Origin: Basidiobolus meristosporus CBS 931.73
Taxonomy: Eukaryota > Fungi > Basidiobolomycota
DNA length: 47,809 nucleotides
Assembly: GCA_002104905.1 (NCBI GenBank)
Contig: MCFE01000669.1
Coordinates: forward strand, 1-47,809
Reading direction: 5' to 3'
Shown: piece after piece, positions 1 through 12,100 of the stretch
How positions within the stretch are numbered: the first letter of the stretch is position 1
Layout of the letters: each line of letters opens with the position of its first letter
The notes under the pieces: generated by a model
Database searches by the model: none
The model's input: the letters and a program-made list of their open reading frames with translations, nothing else
Told to the model about the DNA's origin: nothing
Position numbers and translations under genes: made by a program

Positions 1-1687
1 TATGTAAGAATATATATAACAACAGAAGTATTGAAGTCAAGAATGAGCTGGGAGTGCGCGGATTTGTTGAGGAAGCCATGCAGGAATGATTTTGTTTGAA
101 ATTTGCTCAGTATGGGCCAGATGCGTCTGTTTGTGCCTGAACATTGAACACCAAAGAGATTTTGAATGAGCTTTTGCCTCAAATGACTAATGTACCATGT
201 AGTATATTAGTAAACCTAAGTGGCTTCTGAGAGCAATATACACAGCACTCATACAGGCAAGAGTTTCAAAATATCAGACAGAGGGTAAGTTAATACCTTG
301 AAGAATCAGTAGGGGAGCCTCAAGAGGAAGAATACAGCCCACAAGCAACAGCATCCAGATTGTGCCAGCACGCCTTGCTGGATTCCTTAACATCCTTTAC
401 TTTACTGCGCTGGCACATAACAGTCTAAACTATGCCAATACCTTTCACAAGAGCACCCTGCATTGAGTCAATGCACATTGTGTCAATGCAAAAACTGCAG
501 AGCAAACCACCAGAACATGCCAAACTGCACATTTAGACATAAGTCCATGGGAGCGGGCCAAGTAGCATCAGCAAGCTGTATCACATCAAACTCAGCCAAG
601 GGCCATGCCAATGCATCTAGTCACGCCTGCACATACCTTTACTCCTGACCATAAGCAAGTTACTTCTGGTGAACTGAATGATGGTGACCCACATGAAGTG
701 CTTCCACCACCAAAGTCTTTGGCAAGTAAAAGAACGCATCAGCGCATAACAATGCAGGCCAGTTCAGTTGCAATTAAGCATGGCTAAGCTGCAGCATTGC
801 ACTCAACAGCTAGGAGGCAAAATACCCACTACAAATACACAAATAGTTAAGATGATAGCCAACAAGGAAGTAACTTAGGTGTGCAAAGTGAATCTCTACC
901 AGATGCTTCAGTAGTAATCCCTGTGAGAAAAAAACCTAGGAGAAATTGATGCAATTGCACTAAATTGCTATTGTTTGTGATGATCCAAATACTGCATTTT
1001 TTTTGATTCAAATCAAGCCATTGCAAATCAGTATTCACAAAGTTTTTGATATACATAATATCAAGATTGTCTAACATTCGAGTCAGAACCCCTATAAATA
1101 AATACCCTGCATATAAACACATCATCTGTAATACCAGTGCAGCCACTTGGTCTGTTTTGCACCTACTCAATCAGACACATACCAGCTATGAAACCGTGTC
1201 AGATCACTAACATCAGGCATTTACTTGCACATTGAGCAAAATGTATATTTGTTGGCAAATCTGGTAGCTTGTTTATTGGTCCAGGAGTCAATTGGGGGCT
1301 GACAGGTTCAGGATACTTTTGGACCAATTAACTACTGAGATACAATCCAGTTAGAGTGATAGTAACTAAAATGGTAAGTATCAGTGTAGTTGATAGTGAA
1401 ATATGCATTTATTGCAATTTGCATTAAAAAACATATCCAAATACTGAATTTACCTACCATAATAGCACCATCCAATTATGCACATGATGCAAACATTACA
1501 AGTTTGCATAATCATCTGTGCCAACCTCATTGTGTCAGATTCTACCATAGTGTGCAAGATGGTCCCACATAGTGCAAAATGTTCCAGGAGTGATCCTGCC
1601 TGCTGGAAGATAAAATATTGTGCTTGATTGTTGTTGATGGCTGCAGATTGTGCTGCATGCCTGGACACAGTACAATGGAACAAGTCT
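1..1687. mobile_element. Degenerate DNA-transposon-derived region ending in a family-G terminal inverted repeat (CAATGGAACAAGTCT, 1673-1687)
   Basis: The terminal 15-mer matches the right TIRs at 15641-15655 and 26693-26707. Copia RT sequence starts immediately after. Segment ~250-620 is homologous to ~18320-18680. Confidence 0.5.
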
Positions 1688-1885
1688 AAGCCCCATTTGG
1701 TCTGCAAGCTCAACATATCTTTATATGGACTCAAGCAATCACCAAGAGCCTGGAGTTGAAAGATAGATTTTTATTTTAAATTGTTGAGATTTGAAGTTCT
1801 AACTCTGACTGAAGTATATAATATCAGCCAGATAGTGCAAGTCCAGCTCAATTAGATCTGTATGTGGATGATGTATCATAGCGAC

Positions 1886-2952
1886 TGTAGTGGGGTCACA
1901 GTGACACCCACTGACAGATGTGCTCATTCCCATATTTCTACTTGCCAATTTTTCTATTACCCTTATATTAGTTTTATCCCACTTTTCTTACTTGGTTGGT
2001 ACTATTCCATAAGCTAGCTGACTATCACACCTGTTACCTGTTACATAAGTTATCCCTCACTTTATGTAAGATTGCTTGTTGTAAGTGCTTTGAAATTAGG
2101 CAGGTACCTGCACCAATACCAGTAACATATTACTAAATTGTGTCACCATTCCAACAACTTTCATACCATATTTGGTATCCCTGTGTTACACAGGTTGCAG
2201 AATACTGATTTTTGATTGGTTGGGAGCGCTGTGCCTCCTAGACCTTTTGGTACCTACTTAGAACATTCTTAGCTCATTCTGATGCCATTAAGATTTCTGG
2301 TTGGCTACTGGAACCTTCTAGAGCACCATGATTAGTAATCACTTTGCCATTATGAAAAATATATAAGGGAGGCAATCCCTCATCAGTAAATCATCTTCCC
2401 TTTTATGAATATACTAACTTGTTGATTAATGTGTTCACTGCTGCCAGCTGCTACCTGAACTTCCAACCGCAGACCTCAGGACACTCCCAGGAAACCATGC
2501 TGACAGCCAACAGACCTTAGAGGCACTACTTGTGAGGAATACTCAGAGTAACTTTCTTTTATTATATTTGAATCTTTCTCAAGTTTGTTCTTGTGCAGGC
2601 AAAGATGCTTCTCTGTCTTTGTAACTATTGACCACAGCTATATTCTTATCAAGTCCATGCTGGTCAAGTTTAAAATTGTTTGGACTTTGGAAGCTTTAGT
2701 ACATTGCCATCTCAAAGGATGCTGAGCCCAGCACATATGTTTGTTAGGGCACCAACTAAGCTGGGGATTGTAGCTCCATACTTTTCCCTTGACAAGCTTT
2801 TGGCTTTATTCCCCATCACATTAAATTAGAGACAGATCCCAAGTATTCCTAGTAAGCTTTGCCAGAGGTTATTGCACCCAGTGAACACCCCACACACAAA
2901 ACACCAGAGAAGTGTTGTACATATCTTTCCCTTTAACATATACACCACCACA
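1886..2952 (+). mobile_element. Solo LTR, family A (~1.07 kb)
   Basis: TGTAGTGGGG...CACCACCACA termini. Flanks CGAC/CCAC (4 bp). The host copia RT (YVDD..ATNDLE) resumes across it. Four copies in the window. Confidence 0.9.
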
Positions 2953-3556
2953 CCACCAATAACCTAGAAACATTGTAAGTGACTGAATCCAGGCTATACA
3001 AAGTTTTCAAGATATCTGATCTACAAGAACTCAGTAACTTCCTAGGAAATAAAGTTCTTCATTGACAGAAGTACTCATATTATCACCCTAAGCCAGTCCA
3101 GGTACATTCAAAATGTATTAGATAAGTACCAGGTGGAGGACTGTACACCAGCAGCTACCCCATTGGAGACACACCTCAGCATGGCCAAGACTCAAACAAA
3201 TCAAGAGAACTTGGAGCTATCTGAAAGCTCAAGTTTCCTTATCAGTATATGGTCAACAGTCTGAGGTATATCCTGCTTGGAACAAGTCTAGGTATCTCAG
3301 GTTTTGTGGGAATTGTCAGCCAGTGTAATCAGAGCTTTGGATCTGATCATGTTGCAGCAGTTAAGCTGGTTTTTAGATATCTAAAAGGAGCTATTATATC
3401 TGCTGAAGATATACCTATAGGATTTGGAACAGGATCTTGTGGGATACTCTGATGCTGATAGGACACAAAGTTTAGAGTGTAGAAGATCTACCACAGGATG
3501 CACCTTTCATTACTGTCAAAGAGCATTTCATAGAGCACAAGAATACAACCAACTGT

Positions 3557-4619
3557 TGTAGTGGGGTCACAGTGACACACACTGACAAATGTGCCCATTC
3601 CCATATATTTTACTTCCCTATATTTCTACAACCTGTTTTCAAATTTTATCCCATTTAGCATATCTGATCGGTACTATCCCATAAGCCAGTTAACTATAAT
3701 TCATGCTTGTTTATATCATACATTATCCCTTGCTTTATGTAAGATTACTAGTTGTACTTGCTTCTATACAAGCCAAGTATTTGTGCCAAGACCTATAATA
3801 CATGATCTATTTGTGTCACCATCCCTATGATTCTCATTCCATATATGGAATCCCTATGTTGCACTGGACTCAAAATACTGATCCCTGATTGATTGGAAGT
3901 GCTGTACCTCTTAGAACCTTCCAGCATCTACTTAGAGCATTCTTAGCTCATTATGATGTCATTTAGAGTTCTACTGAGCTCTGTAACCTTCTGGCACTTC
4001 ATTATTAGTAATCACTTAGCCTGGGAGAAAAGTACATAAGGGAGACAACTCCTTAACAATAAACCTTTATTCCTTTCATCAATATACCAGCTTGTTGATC
4101 AGTGTGATCACTGCCACCTGCTGCTACCTGAGCCTCCAATTCCAGACCACTGGATACTCCCAGGAAACCACACTCACAGCCAACTGACCATGGAGGCACT
4201 ACTTGTGAGGAATACTAAGGGTAGGTATCTTTTACTATATTTGATTCTTTCCCAGTTTTGTTCTTTTACAGGCAAAGATACTTCTCTGTCTTTGTAACTA
4301 TTGCCACAGCTATATTCTTATCAAGTCCCTGCTGGTCAAGTTTACAATTGTTTGGACTTTGGAAGCTTTAGTACATTGTCATCTCAAAGGATGCTGAACC
4401 CAGCACATACTTTTGTTAGGACACTAAGTTGGAGATTGTAGTTCAATAGTTTACCCTTGACAAGCTTGTGGCTTTATTCCCCTTCACCTTAGAGTAGAGA
4501 CAAAGTACAAGTATTTTTAGCAAGCTTTTCCAGAGGTTTTTGCACCCAGTTAACACCCCACACACAATTACTTGAGAAGTGGTGGACATTTCACTCCCTT
4601 GGACTTACATACCATCATA
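3557..4619 (+). mobile_element. Solo LTR, family A
   Basis: Same termini (3' end decayed to CATCATA). Flanks CTGT/CTAT. Interrupts the copia RNaseH QPT-IALST coding sequence. Confidence 0.9.
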
Positions 4620-5599
4620 CTATAGCACTGTCTACCATACAGGCAGAGTATAGAGCAGCCTGTGGGGCAGCAGAAGAAGCAAAGTGGCTAAGAATGCTTT
4701 TTTAGATCTAGGCCAATGTCTAAAAATGCCTCTTACTTTGTTTGGCAATAATCAAGGATGTTTACCAGAAAGTCAAGTCCAACTCTGTATACTTGAATTA
4801 AGCACAAAGATATCAGATATTACCTCATACATGAAGCTAGGGAGAGTAGCTTAGTAAGCTTAATGCACTGTCATCTGGATGAAATGGTTAAAGAGATATT
4901 CACCAAACCATTTGCTAGAGACAAGCTTAAACATCTTAGGTCAAAATTTGGACTAGTTGGCATAAATATTTAGTTGAGTGGCAGTCTTGCAAGAATTTGT
5001 AGCTTCATCTAAATATTTACCTATTGTATTCAAATACATCATTACCTTGAAATCCAAGAGATTAATAGCCAATATCCCTGTTGGGATTTACTTAGATTAT
5101 TTCTGCCAAAATTTCAGGTACCCAGAGCATGAAAATTCTCAAAGTTGTTCAAACAATTTACATTCAACAAATCATTAGGCAGAAACTAGATAGTTGACTT
5201 ATTCTCTCATATTTCCAATATATCCAAGATTCTCACAACTGGTTATGAGCTCCAGGCCATCACTCTTTGCAATGTCTACTGCTGCTATTACCACAATATT
5301 CACTCTGCTGAAAAGCTGAATGGATCTAACTTACATTTGCAGAAGGTGAGGATGATGATGCTGCAACAGGAAAGAGGCCTTTGAGATATGCTAAAAGACC
5401 AAAACAATATCATACAAATATTGCCACAGTACCACTAAAATATTTCCAAGTTATATCCCTTTATTTGGTTTTTAAAATTAGCAAAACATCATCATGATCC
5501 CATCATAAGATTATTAGGAGGGTCACTAACTCCAAGCTACTGGTATTATGACAGTCTCTAAATGGGATCCTGATGGCTGATCTGATTGGATTCACCCAC

Positions 5600-7430
5600 A
5601 GGATCATGTTATTCTTCATCAGGGGTCCTTCACTGCTACTTCACCTGAGTGATTCATGAGTGATACTATGCTTTTCTTTGATAAATGCTGAGCTGGTGCA
5701 TCTGTGTCTGCCTGCTTGTCTCTCATTGTCACTCTTCCAGCTACCTGACATCTCTTTAATGCTTGTCTAGAGCTTTTGGCCCTGCTTGTAATGGGCTCCT
5801 GAGGAAGCTTCTGGTTTTTAGTCATGGCACCCTTGTTTGTCTGCCTTTGATAGTTTCTGCTGTTCTTGAGATACTTTCTGGCATACCAATGCAGGCCCAT
5901 AATCTGTTTGCCTGTTTGAATCCAGGATAATGCTCATGGAACAAGAAAAGTGCATTTTGCTTAGCCTTTAGCTCCTGACAGTCCCATGGTATGCTGGCCT
6001 TAAGGTGATGGCATGCTAGTCTTCTGACAGCCTCTTGAATATTGGCCCACTCTTTATTGGTGTACTCAATAGGCTCACAGATCTTCAATGTATTTTGGTT
6101 TTCAAGCTTCTGTATAGACACCACATTGTCTCCCTCCCACACTGTGATAAGTTTTTCTGTGGGTTTTATCTTTGCGCACTGTTGTGCTTCAAAGACTTTA
6201 CAGTGCTCCACTATTATTATATTAGGAAATGGCACAATTCTTGGCAGTGACATTGAGCTACTTGAGTTCCTTCTTTGCAGCAAAAATACTGCCTTCTCTA
6301 ACTGGGATATTGATTACTCTATATGTTTTATCTGCTCTTCCAGTTTCTTTTCAACAATATCCCTATACTGATGAACAAGTTGTATATGGAGTATTTCAGG
6401 CTAAATGAGTCCTTTGAGATACTGGAGAATTTGAAAGAATTGGCAAAATATTACAGAGTATCCACTATCCTAAGTATTTCTCACAGGCTCCAATTAATAT
6501 CCATATGCATATGCAACAATACAAATGCAGACACTGGATGAACTGGATATGTATTTATTCAAGTGGTGTTCTGAAGCCATTTGTACCAAGAGTACACTGG
6601 GAGTCTTGGGAGTCATATATGGACATTGTAGGAATATTTATACAGAAGGGGGTCACCAATGCCAACTTGATGCATCTAAAGCTGCTCCGCAAGGATTCTA
6701 TAACAGGATTTGAGTGGCTATACTACAAACATAAAGCTGAATACATAGATATCTGCTGCTACTGTATCCAATCTCTACTCCATCTTGCTTGGCGTATGGA
6801 GAATATTGGGCCTTGCTTGATCTTTTGGGAGTTTCCAACAGAGTGGATGTGTGGGAGATAGACAGACAAGTCAAGTTGCATGTACAAGCATATCCCAATC
6901 TCATCAACAATATTACCTTCAAGTTTGTCATGGATGTGATGAGTTGGCACATGGAGGAGAGCCAGGAAGAGTTGGAAAATACTGAGGAGTGAAGTGCACA
7001 TAGAGACACCTATGCCTATGGCATTAAGCAGCTAAGTGGCCCCAATGCGCAGGTAAGCTGTTAAGTAATGCAAAGCTAGGTTGGGTCCAACCAGCAACTA
7101 ACTTTATTGGGAAAACTCTACAAAGAAATGCAAGCTTTCTAAAGGTTGCAAGCCAACTTAACTCGCCAAGCAGGAGGCAATAGTTTTTTTGATGCAAGGT
7201 ATATGTGGAATACCCTAGGTAGTGGTGGGTGAGCTGATAAAGATGGATGATTCTACAGTGGAATATATGAACTACACAAGGGGAGGTAGAAAAAGTAAAT
7301 ACTATTTGGCAAATTGGCACAGTAGCATTATACAGAACTAGCTGTAGGCTGCCATAAGTCCATCATAATGCCATCTGATGGCTGATCAGGATTGGATCCT
7401 CCCTGAGGACCAAATTATTTTTTGTAGGGT
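5600..7430. mobile_element. CACTA/EnSpm-like (family D) relic: accessory ORF on - strand (~5620-6335) joined to the 3' half of the transposase on + strand (~6345-7370)
   Basis: The + strand gives LHLA..MENIGPCLIFWEFPTEWMCG, the H.L.H...GP...W.F..ER..G motif of Tnp2/CACTA-type transposases. Homologous copies at 8150-9095 and 26136-27575. Confidence 0.7.
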
Positions 7431-8149
7431 ACTGAAAATAAGTGATACAAAGTTATTGCATTCTTGAATGCCAAGCTGTTTGCCCCATTGGCAAGACTAC
7501 CTTAGCTTGATGCCATAAGAAAAGGGAAAAACCATAATCCAAATACTGTAACATGCCTCTTGGCCATTTGGCATACACATGGCATTGGAAGCACTAGACA
7601 GATCACAGACATTGTTTTGCCACATAAGTCATATTTGAGCATTCAACAGTAACACTGAACTAGCAAGATCTTGCCTGCCACTTGAAGCTTCTATAAAAGC
7701 ACCTTGTCTTACTTGTCACCTTGTGCAAGCCAGTTTGGCTGAGCTTCTGCTGTACCTTGGAACACCACAGCTTTGTAAGCATGACCAATGGAGCAATAGC
7801 CATGATGCAGCAGCTCAATGCTGGATTGCAAGTCTATATTCCCACACAACTGTACTCTACATGAGCCTGGCAAAATTTAAATAGCTAATGAGACAACACC
7901 TGCATAAGCTCATGCAGACTGACAAGTATTATGAATCTCTCAAGTACTTCACCCTGATGATTTAAGCATATGTATTGCAAACATATTTGAGGTCTATTAT
8001 TACAAACAGCTAAGAAGCAAGCGCCGCTCAAAAGGCATTTATGACTATCTCTTTGCCTTGACACTTGCTGGACTCTCACCAAACAAGTATGCTGCCAGCA
8101 AATTCTGCAGGCCACTTATTCTCAGCAACCTGAAACTGTTTCCAATATT

Positions 8150-9095
8150 ATTGTATTAGAGTAGAAATTCATTGGCAGTCTCACTGAAATATGAGTTTAA
8201 ATCAGTGTTAAATACAGATAGCTACCTATATTCATTGCAGGATGAATCTCAAATGCTATCAACCAGGATACTAGTAAGTGATTTTCATGTCAAAGTGCAT
8301 ATGGTACTCTGTGTAGCAGATTTCCCAGCCATCAGCAAGATAATTGGCTTTTCTAGGCACAATGGGTAGCGTTGCTGTTAAATGAGCAAGATCTAGGGGA
8401 TTTACTCCATAACTCACATGCATTTTAATTAACCAAGCACCATTACCAAGAACATCCCCTTTGAACAAAGAGAGCATACAGAAATCAGCATGCAACTGCA
8501 GCATAGCTTACAAGCAAGAAGCCATTGGCCAGAATAGTGAATCAATCAAAAGCTAGATATACCAAGGATGGGGTATTGGTTGGAGCAAGAGATTTCCCCT
8601 GGGAGCAATGAATTTCCTTTCAACAATGTCCCTATACTAACAAGCAGGTTATACATAGGGTATTTTAAGCTGTACAAGCTCTTTGGATACCAGCAAAACT
8701 TGAAAATGGCAAGAAATCTTAGAGCATACACTACCCACCGCACTTCTCACAAGCTGCAATCAATATTCATATGCATATGCAAGAATACAAATGTAAGGTC
8801 TGGATGAGCAGGATATGTATTTATTCAATTGGCCATCTGAGTGAATTTGTGTGCAGAGTACATTGGGAGGATTGGGTGCTGAATATAAGCATTGCTGAAA
8901 TATTTATCCAGAAGTGGATCACAAGTTCCATCTTGACACATCTACAGGGGCTTTATTAGTAATTTGTGATTGGATTTGAGCACCTATACTACATGCAAAT
9001 AGCTGAATGTGCATCTCTGCTACTCCTGCATCCACTATGTACTAACATTGCTTAGGCTGTGGAGACTATTGGCCTTGCTTCATCTTTTGAGAGTA
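8150..9095 (+). pseudogene. CACTA/Tnp2-type transposase relic (family D)
   Basis: VKVHMVLCVADFPAISKIIGFS.HNG..CC, HMQEYKCKVW..I.IYS and .TIG.CF.F motifs, with stops and frameshifts. Confidence 0.75.
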
Positions 9096-9391
9096 TCTAT
9101 TGCATGAGTATATGTCAGAGCAATATGCTCTGAAAGCTGGAATCAACTCAGAACCAACCAAATCAACTTCAGTCTTAACGGCTGATGGGAACTCTCACAT
9201 AATCAGCTATATTGCTCAGCCAGTAAGAATGAAGATCAATGACTATGAAGAAGACCTACAGGCTTATGTATTTGGGAACTGCAAGTTTAACCTTGTACTT
9301 GGAAAAACCTGGCTATTTTGTTGTAATCCATCAATCAACTGGAGAACCCATGCTACTCTGATCCAAAAAGACAACAAGACCTATGAGCTAT

Positions 9392-9760
9392 TGTTGCAAT
9401 TTAAGAAGTGATTTGGATATAAGGAACTTATCAAGAAATAGTGATAATAGTTGAACTGTTGTTTATTCATAAAGAAGCTCAGTATTTATACCTTTGTAGA
9501 AGTAATACAGCTGCAACACTAAGTAGGGAGGGTTTCTCAATATTCAGGAGCATTCTGTAACAGTTTCAGGGTTAGTACATAATGTTTGGTAATAGTGCTA
9601 ATTTGATCCTGACTATAGGGGAATAATCATAAGATCATATATCTGGAGAAAGTGGCAAAGTTAAGGCAGTAAATGAGTCCTACAGTGACTAAGACTAGCC
9701 TAGAATTGTTAAGTAAATTTTTAGCTGCTGAATGATACCAAATAGTCCAATATTTCAACA
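9392..9760. mobile_element. Solo LTR, family H (copia-like TGTTG...CAACA, 369 bp)
   Basis: Perfect 5-bp TSD GCTAT at 9387-9391 and 9761-9765. The uninterrupted site is seen in the minus-strand C copy (~24380-24400). Confidence 0.85.
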
Positions 9761-9849
9761 GCTATTACCTGCCAGGCTGGATTTTAACTTGGTCAATTCC
9801 AGTGTGTGTGAGACAAGTGAACTTAGCAAGACCCAGTTCTGTAGAGCGC

Positions 9850-10652
9850 TGTGGTAGGGTAAACATACCTCCCACAGACAAGTTTATTCATATAGTCATT
9901 ATGATATACTTATCCATATTTTATCTTATCAGTATTATCCCATTCTTCTTTTGCCCATATTATCAGTATTATCCCCAAATGATGTTTACCCTGATTAGTT
10001 ATTAGCATTAGTTATCCCAGATGTTATTCAGCTTTGTGATCAGTAGATGTATCTATATAAGGCAAGTACCCGCGTCAGTACCTGTGACACATGACCTAGG
10101 TCTGTGTTACCATCCCTACCATTTCAATACCATATATAGTATTTCTATGTTGCACAGGTTTCAGACTACTGATTCCTGATTGGTTGAGAGTGCTGTGCCT
10201 TTTAGAACCTTCCAGGACATTCTTGGCATATTTTTAGCTCATAGTGATGTCATCAAGAATTCCACTGATACCTAGAATCTTCTAGAACCTTGTCATTAGT
10301 AATCACTTGGCAATCAGGAAAAGTATTTAAGGGAAAGGAATCCCTCATCAATAAATCATCCCTCTATCAGTAACACTTCTACCTTATTGATTAGCAGTTG
10401 ATCACTGCACCTGCCTTCAACAGTACATCTCAGACCTGCCATCAAGGAGCTTTTCAGGGTAGTGCACAAGACACACAGAGGCCTTTGGAGACACTTGGAG
10501 CACCTAGGAAGCTAGAGAAGCAGGAGCTTTTACCATAGTGACATATTGACAAAGGCACCAGCAGTTTAGACACAGAGGCTTTTGCACCCATCAGACACCT
10601 CACACACCTTGAGTTGTGTAGCTTCTCCCAGGAGTACCCCTACACCACCACA
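9850..10652 (+). mobile_element. Solo LTR, family B (803 bp)
   Basis: TGTGGTAGGG...ACCACCACA termini. Perfect 4-bp TSD GCGC. A second copy is inverted at 28880-29683. Confidence 0.9.
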
Positions 10653-10952
10653 GCGCTTAGAAAAGGTACTCAGATGTTCCTCATGGTGGTTTTACAGGAG
10701 GATTCCTCTACCCCAGCACCCCAGCAGGTCCAGACTCTCTTGAAGAAATATTCAGATGTGTTTCCAGATGAGCTTGTAAGCCTACCACCAGTCAGAGACG
10801 TGGATCATGCCATTGACACAGGTGATAGCCCTCTAGTGAGCAAGATACCTTACAGAATGAGTCCATTGGAATTGGAGGAAATGAAGAGACAAATTGATCA
10901 GCTATTGCACCAAGGATACATCAGGCCCAGCAAGTCACCCTAGGGAGCACCA

Positions 10953-11690
10953 GTGCTTTTTGTGAAAAAGAAGGATGGAAAACTCAGGATGTGCATTGAC
11001 TACAGAGCCCTGAACTCACTTACCATCAAGAATAAGTACCGCATACCTTGGATTGATGAGCTTTTGGACCAACTTAATGGAGCCACTATTTTCAGCAAGA
11101 TTGACCTCATGTCAGGATACAACCAAATTAGGGTGAAACCAGAAGATATCCCTAAGACAGCATTCAGGACCAGATATGGACATTACAAGTACTTGGTCAT
11201 GAGTTTTGGCCTCACTAATGCCCCTGCAACATTCATGACGCTAATGCAGACTGTCTTTCAGGAGTACTTAGACAAGTTTGTGATAATCTACCTGGATGAC
11301 ATATTGATATACAGCAAGACAGAAAAGGATCACATGGTGCACATTGAAAAGGTCTTGAAGAAACTAAGAGAGAACAAGCTATATAGCAAGCTAGCCAGGT
11401 GTGAATTCTTCAAGGAGCATGTTGAATACCTGGGACACATAGTGACTAGCACAGGAGTGACCTTAGACTCTAAGAAGGTTGAGGTTATCAAGAATTTGAA
11501 GCAGCCCCATAGCATATCAGAACTCAGATCATTCCTTGGAATGGTTTCCTATTATCGGAGATTTGTCAAGTCTTTTGCAGGTATTGCAGCCCCTTTAACT
11601 GATATCCTCAAAAAAAATAATACCTACAAGTGGGACATAGCTTGTGAGACTGGCTTCCAGATGCTCAAGAATGAACTTGCCAAGTGCTAA
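10953..11690 (+). CDS. Ty3/gypsy reverse transcriptase domain (fragment of broken pol)
   Basis: LFVKKKDGKLRMCIDYRALN, FSKIDLMSGYNQI, FGLTNAPATF, YLDDILI. Confidence 0.95.
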   Translation: MLFVKKKDGKLRMCIDYRALNSLTIKNKYRIPWIDELLDQLNGATIFSKIDLMSGYNQIRVKPEDIPKTAFRTRYGHYKYLVMSFGLTNAPATFMTLMQTVFQEYLDKFVIIYLDDILIYSKTEKDHMVHIEKVLKKLRENKLYSKLARCEFFKEHVEYLGHIVTSTGVTLDSKKVEVIKNLKQPHSISELRSFLGMVSYYRRFVKSFAGIAAPLTDILKKNNTYKWDIACETGFQMLKNELAKC

Positions 11691-11995
11691 GCTTAAGAAT
11701 ACCAGACTTCAGAAAAGAGCTCACTCTGTGCACAGATGCCTCAGATTATGCAATTGGTAGAGTGCTGAGCCAAGAACTCAAGGGAAAGGACTACCCTGTT
11801 GCCTTTGAATCCAAGAAACTGAACTCAGCAGAACAAAACTATCCAGTCCATGAGAAGGAGATGGTTGCTATAATACACCATTTGAAGACATGGAGATGCT
11901 ATATTGAAGGAGTTAAATGCACTGTGAAGACTGATCATGCCTCCCTCAAGTATATATTTACTCAGAAGGTACTCTCTAGAAGAATGACAAGATGA
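11684..11995 (+). CDS. Ty3/gypsy RNase H domain (fragment)
   Basis: TDASDYAIG, NYPVHEKEMVAI, TDHASL. Confidence 0.9.
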   Translation: MLSLRIPDFRKELTLCTDASDYAIGRVLSQELKGKDYPVAFESKKLNSAEQNYPVHEKEMVAIIHHLKTWRCYIEGVKCTVKTDHASLKYIFTQKVLSRRMTR

Positions 11996-12100
11996 AGTGA
12001 ATACATTCAGCAATTTGACCTGGAAATTGTCTACAGCCCTGGAAAAAACAACACGGTTGCTGACGCCTTATCAAGATTAGATCAAGTTGCACAACTCAAC

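Larger units (their letters stand above)
1688..5390 (+). mobile_element. Ty1/copia family E fragment: degenerate RT-RNaseH, PPT, LTR (4985-5240), then PBS and start of a second gag; interrupted by two solo LTR-A
   Basis: Relics of KLNKSLYGLKQSPRAW, LYVDD, QPTIALST and IFTKPLARDK. PPT TTGAGTGGCAG at ~4974-4984. PBS GGTTATGAGC at 5241. Homologous to 31750-37493. Confidence 0.9.

Noticed and set aside
7430-8150. Possible LINE or tyrosine-recombinase relic
   Set aside because: No diagnostic motif in any frame I translated. Left unassigned.
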